Of a DNA stretch of 64,000 nt, positions 1 through 14,468 are shown in pieces. The notes under the pieces were generated by a model. That model had not been told where the DNA came from. It saw nothing but the letters and a program-made list of their open reading frames with translations, and ran no database searches. The position numbers and the translations under genes were made by a program. This stretch comes from Octopus sinensis (taxonomy: Eukaryota), in NCBI RefSeq assembly GCF_006345805.1, contig NC_043000.1, positions 137,206,001 through 137,270,000 of the forward strand, written 5' to 3'. Position 1 is the stretch's first letter. Each line of letters opens with the position of its first letter.

Positions 1-215
1 GTGTGTGTATATGTTTGTGTGTCTGTGTTTGTCCCCCTAGCATTGCTTGACAACCGATGCTGGTGTGTTTACGTCCCCATCACTTAGCGGTTCGGCAAAA
101 GAGACCGATAGAATAAGTACTGGGCTTACAAAGAATAAGTCCCGGGGTCGATTTGCTCGACTAAAGGCGGTGCTCCAGCATGGCTACAGTCAAATGACTG
201 AAACAAGTAAAGAGA
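1..215 (+). mobile_element. Family-C SINE 3' half
   Basis: Ends GGCGGTGCTCCAGCATGGC..AGTCAAATGACTGAAACAAGTAAA. Confidence 0.85.
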
Positions 216-792
216 GATATATGTGAGTATGTCTCTCTATTGTGTGTGTGTATGCTCAATAGATACCATGGTGCCGAATTCGTTCCTCTGCACAATACTT
301 TAGGCCAAGTGTCTCGACCAATTTGTGAGTGGAATTTGTTAGATGGAAACTGTACGAAACCTGTCGTGTCTGTGTGCATGTGTATGCGCGTGTGTGTGCG
401 TACGTATGCGCGCGTGTGTGTGTATGTATGTGTGTGTGTGTGCGCACGTGTTTGCGTGCCATTACAATATATATGTATCTGTGTCACTCGATGTCCCGTA
501 ACCTAACAATTTGACAATAAAACACAATAAAATCTAAACACCAAATCGAAAGAAATTACTGAGGTTGAATGTGAGTGATTAATTCCTCGAAGTGGTGCCC
601 CAGCATCACCACAATTCAATGACGTAAACCAATAAAAAAGAAGGAAACGATGCATCTTTATCGTATTACCTTCTCTCACTTCACTTTTTCTCTCTCTCTC
701 TCCTTCTCTCTTGTTCTCTTTCTCCTCTATTCCCCCTCTCTCCCTCGATATTTTCCCATCAACTAGATTTTCCAATATATGTTCCTCTAGTA

Positions 793-1590
793 AGGCGGCG
801 CGCTGGTAGAAACGTTAGCACGCCGGGCGAAATGCTTAGCGGTATTTCGTCTGCCGCTACGTTGTGAGTTCAAATTCCGCCGAGGTCGACTTTGCCTTTC
901 ATCCTTTCGGGGTCGATAAATTAAGTACCAGTTAAGCACTGGGGTCGATGTAATCGACTTAATACCTATGTCTGTCCATGTTTGTCTCCTCTATGTTTAG
1001 CCCCTTGTGGGTAATAAAGAAATAGAAATAGGTATTTCGTCTGCCGCTACGTTCTGAGTTCAAGTTCCGCCGAGGTCGACTTTGCCTTTCATCCTTTCGG
1101 AGTCGATAGATTAAGTACCAGTCAAGTACTGGGATCGATGTAATCGACTTAATCCCTTTGTCTGTCCTTGTTTGTCCCCTCTATGTTTAGCCCCTTGTGG
1201 GTAATAAAGAAATAGGAATTGTTAGCACGCTAGGCAAAAGTTCTTAGCGGAATTCCGTCCTTCTTTACGTTCTCGGCTCAAATTCCGTCGCGGTCGACTT
1301 TGCCTTTCAACCTTTTGGGGTCGATAAAATTAGTAACAGTTGAACATAATGCAATCGACATACCCCAACCCTCAAACTTGCCAAAAATCTGAAACCAATA
1401 TCTCTTCGTGCGGGCAGAGTGTGTTAAATTCTTAGCGGCTTTACATTCTGATTTCAAATTCCGCCGAAGTCAACTCTGCTTTTTATCCTTTCGGGGTCGA
1501 TAAAATAAGTATCAGTTGAGCGCTGGGGTTGATGTAATCGACTTACATCTTATCCCGAAATTGCTGGCCTTGTGCCAAAATTTGAAGCCA
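793..1590 (+). mobile_element. Cluster of family-A tRNA-SINEs (Meta-domain-like centre): dimer 793-1215 plus older copies
   Basis: Head AAGGCGGCG..GCTGGCAGAA..GTTCAAATTCC; core GAGGTCGACTTTGCCTTTCATCCTTTCGGGGTCGATAAA. Confidence 0.85.
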
Positions 1591-2629
1591 AATTTATTCC
1601 TCTTTCATTTTTTTTTTCTCTCATCGTACCAATCACATTCTCTTTTCACTTTTTAGACTTATACATCTTCTGCATCGTACCATTCTTTCTTTCTTATATT
1701 TTTACTGTCTAATTTAGTTACAGTTAAACCTCTGTGATTAAGTTATCTTGGGTTCGATTCCACAAAACAATGTTTTCTATTATAATTTCGGATCAACCAA
1801 AGCTTTCTCCCTGAAATTTGGTAGATATGAACTGTTTGGAAGCAGTCACCTGGCTTAACCCTGTCACGCCGTGTTACCGCTATAGCACGAATAGGTTAAA
1901 GCGGTAATGAACAACAGACGTAGTAAAAGTCGATGCAACCAATTCTGTCTTTGGTTTTGCCCGCAATCGTTATTCTTGAGCGGTATATTGAACTCGTTAC
2001 TTTTTAGCTCAGGAGCCCGGGTGGGGGGTAAAGTTAGACACAGGGGCCCAAGTCTGAGTGGGTTAATAGCACAGTCTGACTTTTACAGGCTTTCAGTTGA
2101 TTCTACTTTGTTGCGAGCATTCGGGAAGTCTAAAGGTAACTTCCTCCTTCTCTTCTACAAATCTCAATGATGGTACTGAGAAAGGTCTAGGGTTCTAGCA
2201 TTTTCCCGATGACTGAGTTTTTAAAACATGGCTGACAGACCCTGTTTATCACCGTTTCTTTCTCTACTCTCTACATCTCTACATATTTCAATCAATTTTT
2301 AAACCTGTTCTTTCTTATACAGAACAAAGAAACCTGATTTATAACATTTCAAGTATTCTATGTATTTCTTATCGCTAATGCCGTTGAACATAGCAAGAAT
2401 GTTACATAGCCCTTGAAATATCAAATCAACAAAAGAACCTCTATGTGGTTCACCTTGCTGCAAGAAATTACAGCGAAATTTCTCATGAATTATAACTTGT
2501 AAAAATGGTAAAAGGCCAAAAATCAGGTATTGTAATCCTTAATACTTCCCTCAAAAACTGCAAGGTCATTGTTTTGCACTATCAGAATTGACCCGGAGTT
2601 AAGCCACAATGAAAATCTTCCTAGAAATA

Positions 2630-2842
2630 TTGGTTTCAAATTTTGGTACAAGGCCAATAATTTTAGGGGAGGGGTAAGTAGATTACATCGACCCCAGTGA
2701 TCAACTGGTACTTATTTAAACGACTTCGAAAGGATGAAAGGCTAAGTCGATACCACCGGAATTTGAACTCGGAACGTAAAAGCAGACGAAATACTGCTAA
2801 GCATTTTGCCCGGCGAACTAACGATTCTGCCTGTTCGCCGTC
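2630..2842 (-). mobile_element. Family-A SINE
   Basis: Reverse complement of the A consensus. Confidence 0.75.
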
Positions 2843-3944
2843 TTATATCTTCCTTGAAATATTGAAATATGCATATGAAAATCAATTTTAAAACCTTGAT
2901 TCGTACATTTGACACTATAGATTTTCCTAGCTAATACATTATGTCAAGGAATCGAAATATTGAATGAATAACTCAAGGAGTGCGGAATAGTGTATACAGG
3001 CAATAACAAACCAGGTTGATAAATGAATTTACCTGGAGATTTACTCATAATTGAAACTATGCTAACATGAGCCACTGATGTAACCACTATGTGTAACAAA
3101 TAGCAGCAAAATCTCCCTCAGCCCACAAGACCTATAGGTACTGCCTAAAAACATGGATTAGTCACATGATTTGAATACCTTTGAATATATATATTTCTTT
3201 ACTACCCACAATGAGCTAAACATAGAGGGGACAAACAAGGATAGACAAAGGGATTAAGTCGATTACATCGACCCCAGTGCGAAACTGGTACTTTATTTAT
3301 CGACCCCGAAAGGATGAAAGGCAAAGTCAATACGTTTGAATATATAATTACTCCATCAAAGCTGACGTGTGACAAACAAGATCTATTATTACTTAAAAAC
3401 TTGTCCAATCGATAGGATGTCACAGGCCTTTTCTAAGGCTATTATATCTTCACTAAGAATTAAAAGAATGTTACAGTTTCCATTTGCCGACAATCTACCC
3501 TCCTGTCTATCGATGTTTCCTGCAAGCTTCTCAGAATAATTCTTTTGTTCTTGTAATTCTGTACTTTTAGATCGTTAAATGAGAACTTGACTGCTAACAA
3601 GTACATTTTTTTTTGTACTGCAATCTGGCATGACTGTCCTTTCATAACTAGAACAAGCATAAATTATATACAAGGAATTACAGAAATATTGGAAAATTGG
3701 AATACATTTCAGACATGAAGCAATAACGAATATTTGGTTGACAACACTGAAACCACTCAATGCTTTACAATACTTTAGACTATTCTTCGCTACTCATGCA
3801 AAAAAATAAACATTTTTTATCTTGCTGGCACTCAATATTTTATCTAACAATTACGATTGTGTGGAACTACTTACAACAGTATCGATAGTAGCAACAGGAA
3901 TGCAGGCACTAAAGCAACAATATCAACAAGAACAGCAGCGGCAG

Positions 3945-4315
3945 TGGAGGCGCAATGGCCCGATGGTTAGGGCAGCGGACTAGCGGTCGGAGGATCGCGG
4001 TTTCGATTCCCAGACCGGGCGTTGTGTGTGTTTATTGAGCGAAAACACCTAAAGCTCCACGAGGCTCCGGCAGGGGGTGGTGGCGACCCCTGTTGTACTC
4101 TTTCGCTCCAACTTTCTCTCACTCTATCTTCCTGTTTCTCGTCCCCGACTTCCTACGCAACCGCTGAACCTGGATGCGCATTCATCCATCCGTCGATGCT
4201 CTCGGTGTCGGGGGTTGACCTGCTTTCTCTTCTGCGGGTCTTACGAATAGCAAAGACCCACGTTTCGGAATTCTCCCATCTTGCGAGCTCTGGGACGAAG
4301 ACCGTTCGCTCAACA
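3945..4315 (+). mobile_element. Family-B tRNA-SINE, tail type 3
   Basis: Head GGAGGCGCAATGGCCCGATGGTTAGGGCAGCGG...GGTTTCGATTCCC with A/B boxes. Confidence 0.8.
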
Positions 4316-4414
4316 GCAACAGTAGCGGCAATGGCCGAGTTTAAGAATAAGTAAACAATGGCAGCGGTAACAATTTATAAGGTGAAAGGTGTGGATTGAC
4401 GTAATATTCATAAT

Positions 4415-4605
4415 AGTGGGTTCAAATTTTGGCACAAGGTCAGCAATTCTAAGGAAGAGATAAATCGATTACATCGACCCCAGTGCTCAACTGGTACTTA
4501 TTTTATCGACTCCGAAAGGATGAAAGACAAAGTCGACCTCAGTGGAATTTGAACTCATAACATAAAGACGGGCAAAATGCCGCTAAAAATGTTTTGCTCG
4601 GCGTG
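4415..4605 (-). mobile_element. Family-A SINE
   Basis: Reverse complement of the A consensus. Confidence 0.75.
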
Positions 4606-4784
4606 GTATGTAACATTCATAATGTTTCTTTTAGTTGTTTATCCAGCTGTATACGAGCCGGTGATTGACTTAATTTGCAGCTCAGTTTAACACCACCAAC
4701 TGCCCCGTGGATACTTTTGATGGGGTCATCTCTCTGTTACACATATTCAATCCAAGTCTCTGGTCTGAGAGTAATCCCTTCTCT

Positions 4785-4997
4785 TACTTACTCTTTTACT
4801 TGTTTCAGTCATTTGACTGTGGCCATGCTGGAGCACCGCCTTTAGTCGAGGAAATCGACCCCAGGACTTATTCTTTGTAAGCCTAATATTTATTCTATCG
4901 ATTTCTTTTGCCGAACCGCTAAGTGATGGGGACGTAAACACACCAGCATCGGTTGTTAAGCGATGTTGGTGGGGGGGGGCAACACAGACACACAAAC

Positions 4998-5036
<39 letters not shown>

Positions 5037-5196
5037 TATGACGGGCTTCTTTCAGTTTCCGTCTACCAAATCCACTCACAAGGCTTTGGTCGGCCCGAGG
5101 TTATAGTAGAAGACACTTGCCCAAGGTGCCACGCAGTGGGTCTGAACCATGTAGTTCGTAAGCAAGCTACTTAGCACACAGCCACTCCTGCACCTA
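4785..5196 (-). mobile_element. Family-C SINE with internal microsatellite
   Basis: Full-length reverse copy. Confidence 0.85.
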
Positions 5197-5760
5197 TAAA
5201 CTTGTCTCAGAAATAGTTTTTAAAAAAAGTGTCATTGCTTATTATTATAGTAACCCACCTGAAAGGAAAGACGAAGCCGATATTGTATGTTTTAAATTGA
5301 GAACTTAGAGGTAGAAATGAGATTTAGAACTTATAGAGAATTTGGTTCAGCGACGGTGACAGTTTACCATGCTTAATTTGGATGAGATGGAAAACAAAGT
5401 TTATATAATAGACTGAATCGATTCCAGTATTTTACTATAACTTATTTTATTAAACCCTCAGAGACAAAAGGTAAAAATCAATCCTCTGACTAAGCCATAA
5501 AAGTTTATAAAAGATTTATGAAGAAAGACATTCCAGTCATGACCACCAGGTCTTTTGTTTTCGTCAGTTAATACATTCCGAACAAGATCATCCAATGTAT
5601 TTTTAGTTGTTGTTTTGAGACGGTAAATTGTTGATCGATGGATGTTTGCCTGCTATTTCTAGCAGAACTAATGGCCACGAATATTTCCTAATTTAGTTCG
5701 TAATGTTCAAAGTGTCGTTGTTAATGGTATGTAGCGCTAAGTCAATTTTTGTTGGACAAA

Positions 5761-6180
5761 AGGCGTAGGAGTGGCTGTGTGGTAAGGCGCTTGCTTACGA
5801 ACCACATGGTCATGGGTTCAGTCCCACTGCGTGGCACCTTGGACAAGTGTCTTCTACTATAGCCTCAGGCCGACCAAGGCCTTTTGAGTGGATTTGGTAG
5901 ACGGAAACTGAAAGAAGCCCGTCGTATATATGTATGTATATATACGTTTATGTGTATGTATATGTTGGTGTGTCTGTGTTTGTCCAAACAACATCGCTTG
6001 ACAACCGATGGTGTTGTGTTTACGTCCCCGTAACTTGGCGGTTCGGCAAAAAAGAGACTGATAGAATAAGTACTAGATTTACAAACAATAAATCCTGGGG
6101 TCGATTTGCTCGACTAGAGGCGGTGCTCCAGCATGGCCACAGTCAAACGACTGAAACAAATAGAAGAGTTAAAGAGTAAA
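5761..6180 (+). mobile_element. Family-C SINE
   Basis: Head AGGCGTAGGAGTGGCTGTGTGG..GGTTCAGTCCC; internal (TA/TG)n. Confidence 0.85.
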
Positions 6181-6511
6181 CCCACGATCAAAAACGTTTC
6201 AGCAATGACCATACAGTTTCCTTAGCTATATCTCAATCTACATTATCCAAAAACAGCACTTTGTTTAAGATCGTGTCAGTATAAAATATAACTTCTGTTA
6301 CGTTTTGAGTTCAAATGCCGCTGGGATCGACTATGCTTTTCATCTTTTCAGGGTCGATAAAAATAAGTACCAGCTGAGCACTGGAGTGAATGTAATCGAC
6401 TTACCCCCTCCTTCAAATTTTCTGGCCTTGTGCCAAAACTTGAAACCAACATGTATGTCGTTGTTTAACCATTGGTTAGCCCTGATCGAGCAAAACAATG
6501 AACAAAAGCAT

Positions 6512-6942
6512 GGATCTTTTCGGTTTGAACGGCAGTTTTTAACATAATTTCTAGGTAACTAAAAAATTTTAAACTTCGTATACTGGTAGAATGTGTTTAT
6601 AAAACATCTTTTTCTCTTGGCTTTATTGAAAAAATTCTATAGTTTGTAAGATATTTGTTGTTTTTTTTCTTCAATTTCTGCAATTTCAACCAATCGTTGA
6701 CGTCCATTGAGGTAAAAAATATTCTGTGCCGTATGAATATGTCCCTCGTTTAAGAAACAGATTGAGTTTATTTACATTTGTGAAGAAAAAAAGATACCCT
6801 TCCCCCAACCCTAATTAACCCTAACTAACCATAACCCTAAAACAGATTGAAATGCAATAGATCGATACTAGGGTCATAATTATGGGTGGCAATTTCATAT
6901 GACACCGCTAGAAAAAACTGCCGTTCAAACCGAAAAGGTACC
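6512..6942. mobile_element. MITE with ~28-bp TIRs starting GGATC, Merlin-like
   Basis: GGATCTTTTCGGTTTGAACGGCAGTTTT ... AAAACTGCCGTTCAAACCGAAAAGGTACC; TSD AAAAGCAT/AAAAGCAG; internal CCCTAA-like units 6808-6840. Confidence 0.8.
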
Positions 6943-7529
6943 AAAAGCAGTCCAGCTTTGGCAATTCAGCCTTTGTCCTATGTGTGGTTATCCCAGAGCC
7001 ACGTTACCGAGTGTATTCCTTTCTAAGACTGCACGGTATTAATTTCTAGCAGATCGGGAGACCATATAGATATTTACTGTTTTCCTAAAATTGTTATTGA
7101 TGTCCTTCAAAATGTTTAATAGGAATCAATATTAGGATACGGTATCGGTTAATGAAGAAGCTATTCTCAAAATATTCGAAGAATTAATAACAATAAATGG
7201 AGCTCGGTCGGAATTGACGTCCACAAATTTCCAATTGCTCGATGAACCTCGTGACTGAATTAGCGTGTAACTGACTGAGTATTCCATAGATACGTGTTCT
7301 CTTAACGTGATACGAAATATTATAATACTGACATTTTAAATTACACGCAACAATCTAGCCAACGGGCTTCCGCACAATTTCCATCAACCCAACGTTTCTC
7401 GTAATGATTGGGTTGACTCGTGGCTATGGTGAAAGATACCTGTCCAAGATACCGAGAAGTGGAATCGAAACGAAACGTCGGCTATAATTCGTTTAAGGTT
7501 GAATACACTAATGATTAAAGTGTAAGGTT

Positions 7530-7773
7530 CCTTACCGTGTCACATAGACTCATAAGGGCTGGTTTCCCCTGTTTCCGTGGCGTCTATATTCCTCACGTGC
7601 ACGAGACACTGGTCCATCGCAGTGTTACTCATCGTTGCCTGCTGAGTGAACTGGAGCAATGTCAAACGAAGTGTTTTACTCAAGAATACAACGCGTCGCC
7701 CGGTCCAGGAATCGAAACCACAATCTTACGACTATGAATCCAACTCTCTTACCACTAAGCAACGCACCTCCAC
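7530..7773 (-). mobile_element. tRNA-SINE, tail similar to type 2
   Basis: tRNA-like head at the right end; body resembles 15715 and 37480 copies. Confidence 0.7.
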
Positions 7774-7927
7774 TAAAATATTAAACAAAAACAAAGAAAA
7801 ACTACAACAACAATGATAGTAATAAATATGAATTAATAGTGACTTGTTTAGCACCATTAATTGAGTAGATTTATGTTCTGATCTATTCTGGTCGAGACTC
7901 TCGTCTTCGCATACGTTGCCCAATGTA

Positions 7928-8311
7928 TGGAAGCACTCCGTCGGTTACGACGATGAGGGTTCCGGTTGATCCGAATCAACGGAACAGCCTGCTCGTGAAA
8001 TTAACGTGTAAGTGGCTGAGCACTCCACAGACACGTGTACCCTTAACGTAGTTCTCGGGGATATTCAGCGTGACACAGAGAGTGACAAGGCCGGCCCTTT
8101 GAAATACAGGTACAACAGAAACAGGAAGTAAGAGAGAGAGAAAGTTGTGGTGAAAGAGTACAGCAGGGATCACCACCATCCCTGCCGGAGCCTCGTGGAG
8201 CTTTAGATGTTTTCGCTCAATAAACACTCAGAACGCCCAGTCTGGGAGTCAAAACCGCGATCCTACGACCGCGAGTCCGCTGCCCTAACCACTGGGCCAT
8301 TGCGCCTCCAC
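7928..8311 (-). mobile_element. Family-B SINE, tail type 1
   Basis: TSD TGCCCAATGTAT; near-identical to 14469-14855. Confidence 0.9.
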
Positions 8312-9048
8312 TGCCCAATGTATACTTATTTTAAGATGGTAGGATACGAATTAAAAGAATTTGGTTGCCATTTCTAACAGGTTGAACAACATCGTAGTGC
8401 TTAACTCCTTGGCCCAGAATTTAGGGGTAAGCACCATAAGATATTTCCCCAAATTCGAAATTGGGACGAAATTTTAGTTGCTTGTTGAAGGCGTCTGAGT
8501 TCCAATTAAAGAGAGTTCACATGATTTGCGTCACAAATTCCCTTGGAAATGACAGGAACGTCGTAACTTATTTTTATTATTTCTATCTTCTCGAAAATTA
8601 AATTACAGCACTAAAAGAAACAACAATTTAGAATTTAGAAGCCATTAGTCTATTGTTATAAACCTACACAGCTTACAAAGAATTCCTTTTCGCTTTGATT
8701 ATCGTCTTTCATAAAACGTTATTGTAAATACGGATATACATGACATTAAACAGACTCTCGGATGCACAATGAAATCAGTAAAGATATTAATATTGATTTC
8801 TTCTTATATAGTCACAAATTAGAGTGCGAGGAAGTTCGGCTATTTATTGAACACTTGTACTACTTATTCGGATCGATCCTTGTTGGACATAGACAAACTG
8901 GAAACGTGAGGACACGGAGAAAAGTTTAGAGCGCTTTCAAATATTTCTGCTTATTTCAGCACCTTAATGTAAATTAAAGTAGAATTACCCTACGCGGGCA
9001 TAAAGTTCTGATTTTATAGCGTAAGAATATAAAGTGTGACTGAAGTAG

Positions 9049-9214
9049 GGATCTTTTCTTTTGAACGGCAGATCGAGAATTTTATTTTTTATAACTAAAC
9101 ACTTTCAAACTTCGGACACTGGTAGAACGTGTCATTCTACCAGTGTCCGAAGTTTGAAAGTGTTTAGTTACAAAAAATTTATTTCTTGATCAGCCGCTCA
9201 AAGGGTAACGATCC
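9049..9214. mobile_element. Fully palindromic MITE related to 6512-6942
   Basis: GGATC...GATCC ends, 7-nt loop CGTGTCA, perfect 8-bp TSD TGAAGTAG. Confidence 0.85.
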
Positions 9215-9399
9215 TGAAGTAGCACTAAATACACATTTATTAATTTAAACGGTTGGCCATTGTAGAATGAACTGCAAACACAATGTCAACAGAATTCGAA
9301 CTCAAAATATAAAGGGAAGAAATCAAATCGTGTCAGGAATTCACTCTTACCTTCAATCATTTCTGTTTACTTCACCACCAGCCTTAATTGCGAATTAAA

Positions 9400-9618
9400 A
9401 TTGGTTTCAACTTTTGGCACAAGGCCAGCAAGTTCAAGGTAGGGGATAAATCGATTAGATCGACCCCCCAGTGTTCAACAAGCACTTATTTTATTAAGAC
9501 TGAAAGGATGAAAGGCAAAGTTAACTTCGACGGTATTTGAACTCAGAACGTAAAGACGGTTGAAATGTCGCTAAGCATTTTGACCGGCGTGTTAACGATT
9601 CTGCCAAGTCGCCGCCTT
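9400..9618 (-). mobile_element. Family-A SINE
   Basis: Reverse complement of the A consensus. Confidence 0.75.
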
Positions 9619-10447
9619 ACATGTAAATTTGTAAACAGGTGTGTATGTTTAAGTGTGTCTGAGCTTGTGGCCATGGGGTTCTTTTTTAGGGGATTACAAA
9701 CGAAGGCAGGTAGGCAGAAGCATGTTGGTCAGTGGATGCGTCACATGGAAATTAATGTTGATTTCCATATACGAGTAAGTATCAATTCGGTAGAAGTGGT
9801 AGCGTTAATTTTGCAGTCTGATTTCAAATATCTCCCTCAAATTACATTCGAGTCTTCTTTAAAAAATGCATATTGTCAGAATAAAAAAGAGAGGATAATC
9901 ACAGCCAAAATATCCTATTGTATGTGAATAAAAGCTCACTTATCATCACTTAAAAAAAACCCAACATAAGGAAGGGACAGCGATTGTTCCAGTGGAGGAA
10001 GAAAATTTAGAAACGCAAGTGGAGAGACTGTTCAGAGTGATAGAAGAAAAGAAGGTACCAGGAGCGGAGCAGTAAAAGAGAAAACTAATAAGAAAAGGAA
10101 ATTTCGATGGAATTTTGTGACGTATGCAAAAAGTAAAGAAACTGAAAAGAAAGTATTAAAATTTAAACATATTATAAGAGTAAAGTTGCCCACGGTTGTG
10201 TATTCCGAGAGTGTGAAAGCTATCGTGGTTGACAATGACACTTACAACAGACTAAATGACATGTGTGGAGAAGGGATTGACCTGCCAGGAGTGACGGCGG
10301 AGTTCGATGAATTGCCACATGTTGTGGAGCTAAAAGATTTAGAACCTTTCATGAGATATTAAAAAGGAAAAAAGTAAAATTGTTTCATTTAAAAAAAAAG
10401 AGGAGAAAAACGCGATTAAGAAAAAACGATTGTAAATAATTTATATA

Positions 10448-10668
10448 TATTCTTTACTACCCACAAGGGGCTAAACACAGAGGGGACAAACAAGGACAGA
10501 CAAACGGATTAAGTCGATTATATCGACCCCAGTGTGTAACTGGTACTTATTTAATCGACCCCGAAAGGATAAGTCGACCTCGGCGGAATTTGAACTCAGA
10601 GCGTAACGGCAGACGAAATACGGCTACGCATTTCGCCCGGCGTGCTAACGATTCTGCCAGCTCGCCGC
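10448..10668 (-). mobile_element. Family-A SINE, full length
   Basis: TSD GATTGTAAATA. Confidence 0.85.
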
Positions 10669-11697
10669 CAAGATTGTAAATAGTTTATATAACTGTTGAA
10701 ATGATACTGAATGGGAATGGGGTCCATGCAACCATTTCATTTCTCATATGACATCTCATTTTCATTCGTTTTATGTTTTTGTCCCCACTGTGGTGTTGTG
10801 TCTCTCTTTGTAGTGTCCCTCTGTGTTGTGGCCGTAGTGCCAAAATAAAGAAACATTTGCGGAGGTTTGCACTCACTGAGTACTCTTGTTATACATGTTT
10901 TCTTATACTGCTCCAGCATGTAACGCTTTTGTGGTATTTGAAAGAACAAATGCTCCCTGTGTCAAATCTGTATGCAGACTACTAAATAAGTTTAAGACTT
11001 AGAGAACGAAATTATATCAGACAGTGGCAGGTCACTGACAACACAATATCCGGTTTATAACTTAATTCCCAACAATGATTTAAATAACAATGTGTTTAAA
11101 ATATAAGTATTGTAGCTGGTTTTAAATATATTTTAAAGAAAATACCAAGACCGCTTAAAACAGCCAGTTCCCCATCACAATAGCATCTCCTTGTGAACTC
11201 ACAACGCCCCTCAACTAGCAGCAATTGAACCAGTTAAGAACCGACTTATAGAAGCGATAGATTCTTTTCTACTTAGACACACACGTCAAATACAATTCCA
11301 GTATACAATTCCAGTTCTCGCCCAATTGTAACTCTTATTTAGAGTTCAAGGATAAGGTGATATATAATATATATATATATATATATACGTATGTGAATGT
11401 GTGTGTGTTTGTTTATCTATATATATGTATCTATATATAGGCATGTACATATATATAAATGCATATTTGAATATGTGTATGTGTATACGCGTACTTTTAA
11501 AAGTGTGGAAAATCCTCCAAAAGTTACTAAGAGAAAATACGATTTTGGTGTTTCGATCCGACGTATTAGTGAACTGTCAAAATATATCGCTGCTTCGGTA
11601 ACACAGTTCATATAGCTGCTGCTGCTGCTACTACTACTCCTTTACATCTATATATTAACACACACACACACACAGACACACAGACATATATATCTGC

Positions 11698-11729
<32 letters not shown>

Positions 11730-14468
11730 TATATATATATACACATACATACATATATATATATATACATACATACATACACACACATACATACACACAC
11801 ACATACACACACACATATATATATAGGTCGATCAATGGCTAGATAGATTAAAAGAGACACATGCATTTATTTTCATATGTCCTAAGACAATTTTTTTTTC
11901 CTTTTATTTCTCTCTAATCTTTATTTGAATCTCATATCTATTTATAAAAGTATTTACCTCGCTCGTTGCACTCCCTTTTGCGATCTACCTGCCTTCATCT
12001 TGCTCGCTATCTAAGTTCATTTCTATCTATTCTTCTCTTAAAAATATTAAGTCTTTTGGAATTATTCAATAAGCAAACATTTCGATTGACAGATAGAGGG
12101 AAGTTCTACAAACTGTACTAGAGTCAGATAGATTAAATTATCTATAATTTTACTCATGAATTTGGATCGATTAATCGATTAGAAGCAAAATAGGATAAAG
12201 AAGACATATTTATCAATATATTGATTTGCAAATTGCTAAATTAGAAGTTTCAGTAAATATATTTGTATTGAATATAAATTTCCATTGTCCATTATTCTCC
12301 TCTCATCGATCTTCTAGCAGAGAAATGATATAAAACTGTAGATCTACATACATACATACATACATACATACACACACCTATATATATATATACACATTTA
12401 CACACGCACATATATTTACACATATACAGTCTCTCACTGTTTTTGCATATCTGTATTATGAGTTTGTCTGTATTTGTACATCTGGTTATACGTACTTATA
12501 TTCATACGTGTGAGGGTTCGCCTCCCTTCATATATATATATATATACGTATACTTATATATATTTGTATGCACACAGTATTCATAAACAGGCATATATAA
12601 ATGTATATACTCACATACATACATGCACTTGTACACTCACAAACATACATAAGCTTATAAACAATAATACACTTTATACAATTGTAATCACTAATTTATT
12701 TGAGATCAAAAAGTCCAATAAAGCCATTGACGATACTCGAACACCGTATGTATCGCTTGCCAAGCGACTGCTTTAACGATTTTACCACATTGTATTTTGC
12801 AGACAACGTGTTATAGAAGTTGAAAAGTTCAGTTGATATCAAATAGACATTTACACTTAATTTGAGAAAGGAATAAGTACTTAGTGTGGTAGAATCGGAG
12901 AAAATGTAAGTGGCTTTGTTGTTCTTTAAAGATTTTACATTGTTGTTTTATAGACGTAAGTTAGCACTAATGAGGTTTATCATTAAAAACGTTCAAGTTA
13001 TAACCACCTCGTCTTTTTCGCCGCCATATTGTATTTAGGATTACGTTATTTAACTTGTCATTCAATTTTCCAGACGCTTGGGTCTGAGTTGAGGGAGATA
13101 GCCTGCTATTTCTAATTTCGAAATTATAGGGTTTCTGAACGAATTCATTCACGATTTCTGATTTAGACGCAAAGACACACACATTGAGGGTGGTATTTAC
13201 TTGATTATATCAACCCCAAGTATTCAGCTTTTTCACTTTTCAGTTTTTCCTACTTTTTTCACCGAATTCGAAAGGATGAAAAGCAAAGTAATTTTCAAAA
13301 GAATTTGAACCTAGGTTCTATAGAAACGCAACTAGATAGCGTTCCATCTCTACAGCCACACACCACACTCCTTTAATAAAGATGCTCTACTAAGTAATGT
13401 TCTGTATTAAAAACCATATCCGTTCATTAATTGTTTCATTACATCGGGTTAAATCAGTCTCGTCCATTTGTGGAATCCAGCTGTGTTGTTTAGTTGCCTC
13501 AGACGTTATCTCGAGGAAATTAAACGCAATGCAGGACTAATGACTTATGTAAAAGAATGAAATATGGGAGAGGTTAAATGTTGTTGTTGTTGCTGAAGTT
13601 TAACCAGTAAATAGGCCTGATCAAGAAGACCCATGATGAAAGACATTCTAACTATGACCAACCCATCTTTATCTGACTGCTTTTAAAATTTTACGGTATT
13701 CAATGAGTCTTTCATGTTTTAAGCTGATAGGGAGTGATTTGAAAGTTGTCTGCTATTTCTAAAATGGCGAGAGAGTATACTGTTTAAATATATTTCTAAC
13801 TAGGGAGGGAAAGAGATGTAACCCCAGTGAGGTGTAAATTGGTAACAAAAAGCACCCTGCAGGGATTCGGATACAGTCAGTTATTACGGAATGCCTGCTT
13901 ATGGATGCGGCAGTTTCTGCAAAAGAAGTGGAGGAAATATCTATACATGAAGATCTGGAATTAACGATAACGAGAATATGAGGACTGAAAAACAGAATCC
14001 AGTCTCTATAATGAACAACAATTATAAAGAAATATCAACAGATATTATTACTGATAAAGACCGACAGAAAACAAAGATTTTCAAAAGGTGTGGTAATCAC
14101 ATCGGTGAATACGGGAATACTACCTCTCAGTACTGGATAACCTTGATACACCAAAGGTTAGCACATTGCTCTTGCCGGCAGCCTACAGCCTCAGCTAGAA
14201 CAAGCTCTTTTAAGCACACCAATTTCATCTCTCCTACTTATCCATCATCAAATTTACTGGAGGTCATTAACTTCCTCTCCAGCCTAAAGTTACTCCTCAA
14301 TTAGCAATTGGAGAAGTTGATCAGTACTTCACTTGACCTCAAAAATTTCAGCTTTGTCCACGACTAAGTCCGTTCGTTAAAGTCATAAGATAAAAATAAA
14401 TATTACCCACTTTCTCTGTTAAAGGAAGTCTAAGGTTCAACTGTTACGATGTAATTAGTTGATAACCT

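Noticed and set aside
3945-4020. tRNA-like heads throughout the window
   Set aside because: Fused to SINE bodies, often with TSDs, and acceptor stems are imperfect; not tRNA genes.
6808-6840. CCCTAA repeats as an interstitial telomere
   Set aside because: Only a few imperfect units, internal to a MITE.
7976-8227. Repeated ORF 'MFIERKHLKLHEAPAG...' (also 4022, 14553)
   Set aside because: Translation of the family-B SINE body.
9990-10362. Purine-rich 81-aa ORF (10117-10362)
   Set aside because: No recognisable motif or splice support; possibly a decayed LINE ORF1 piece.
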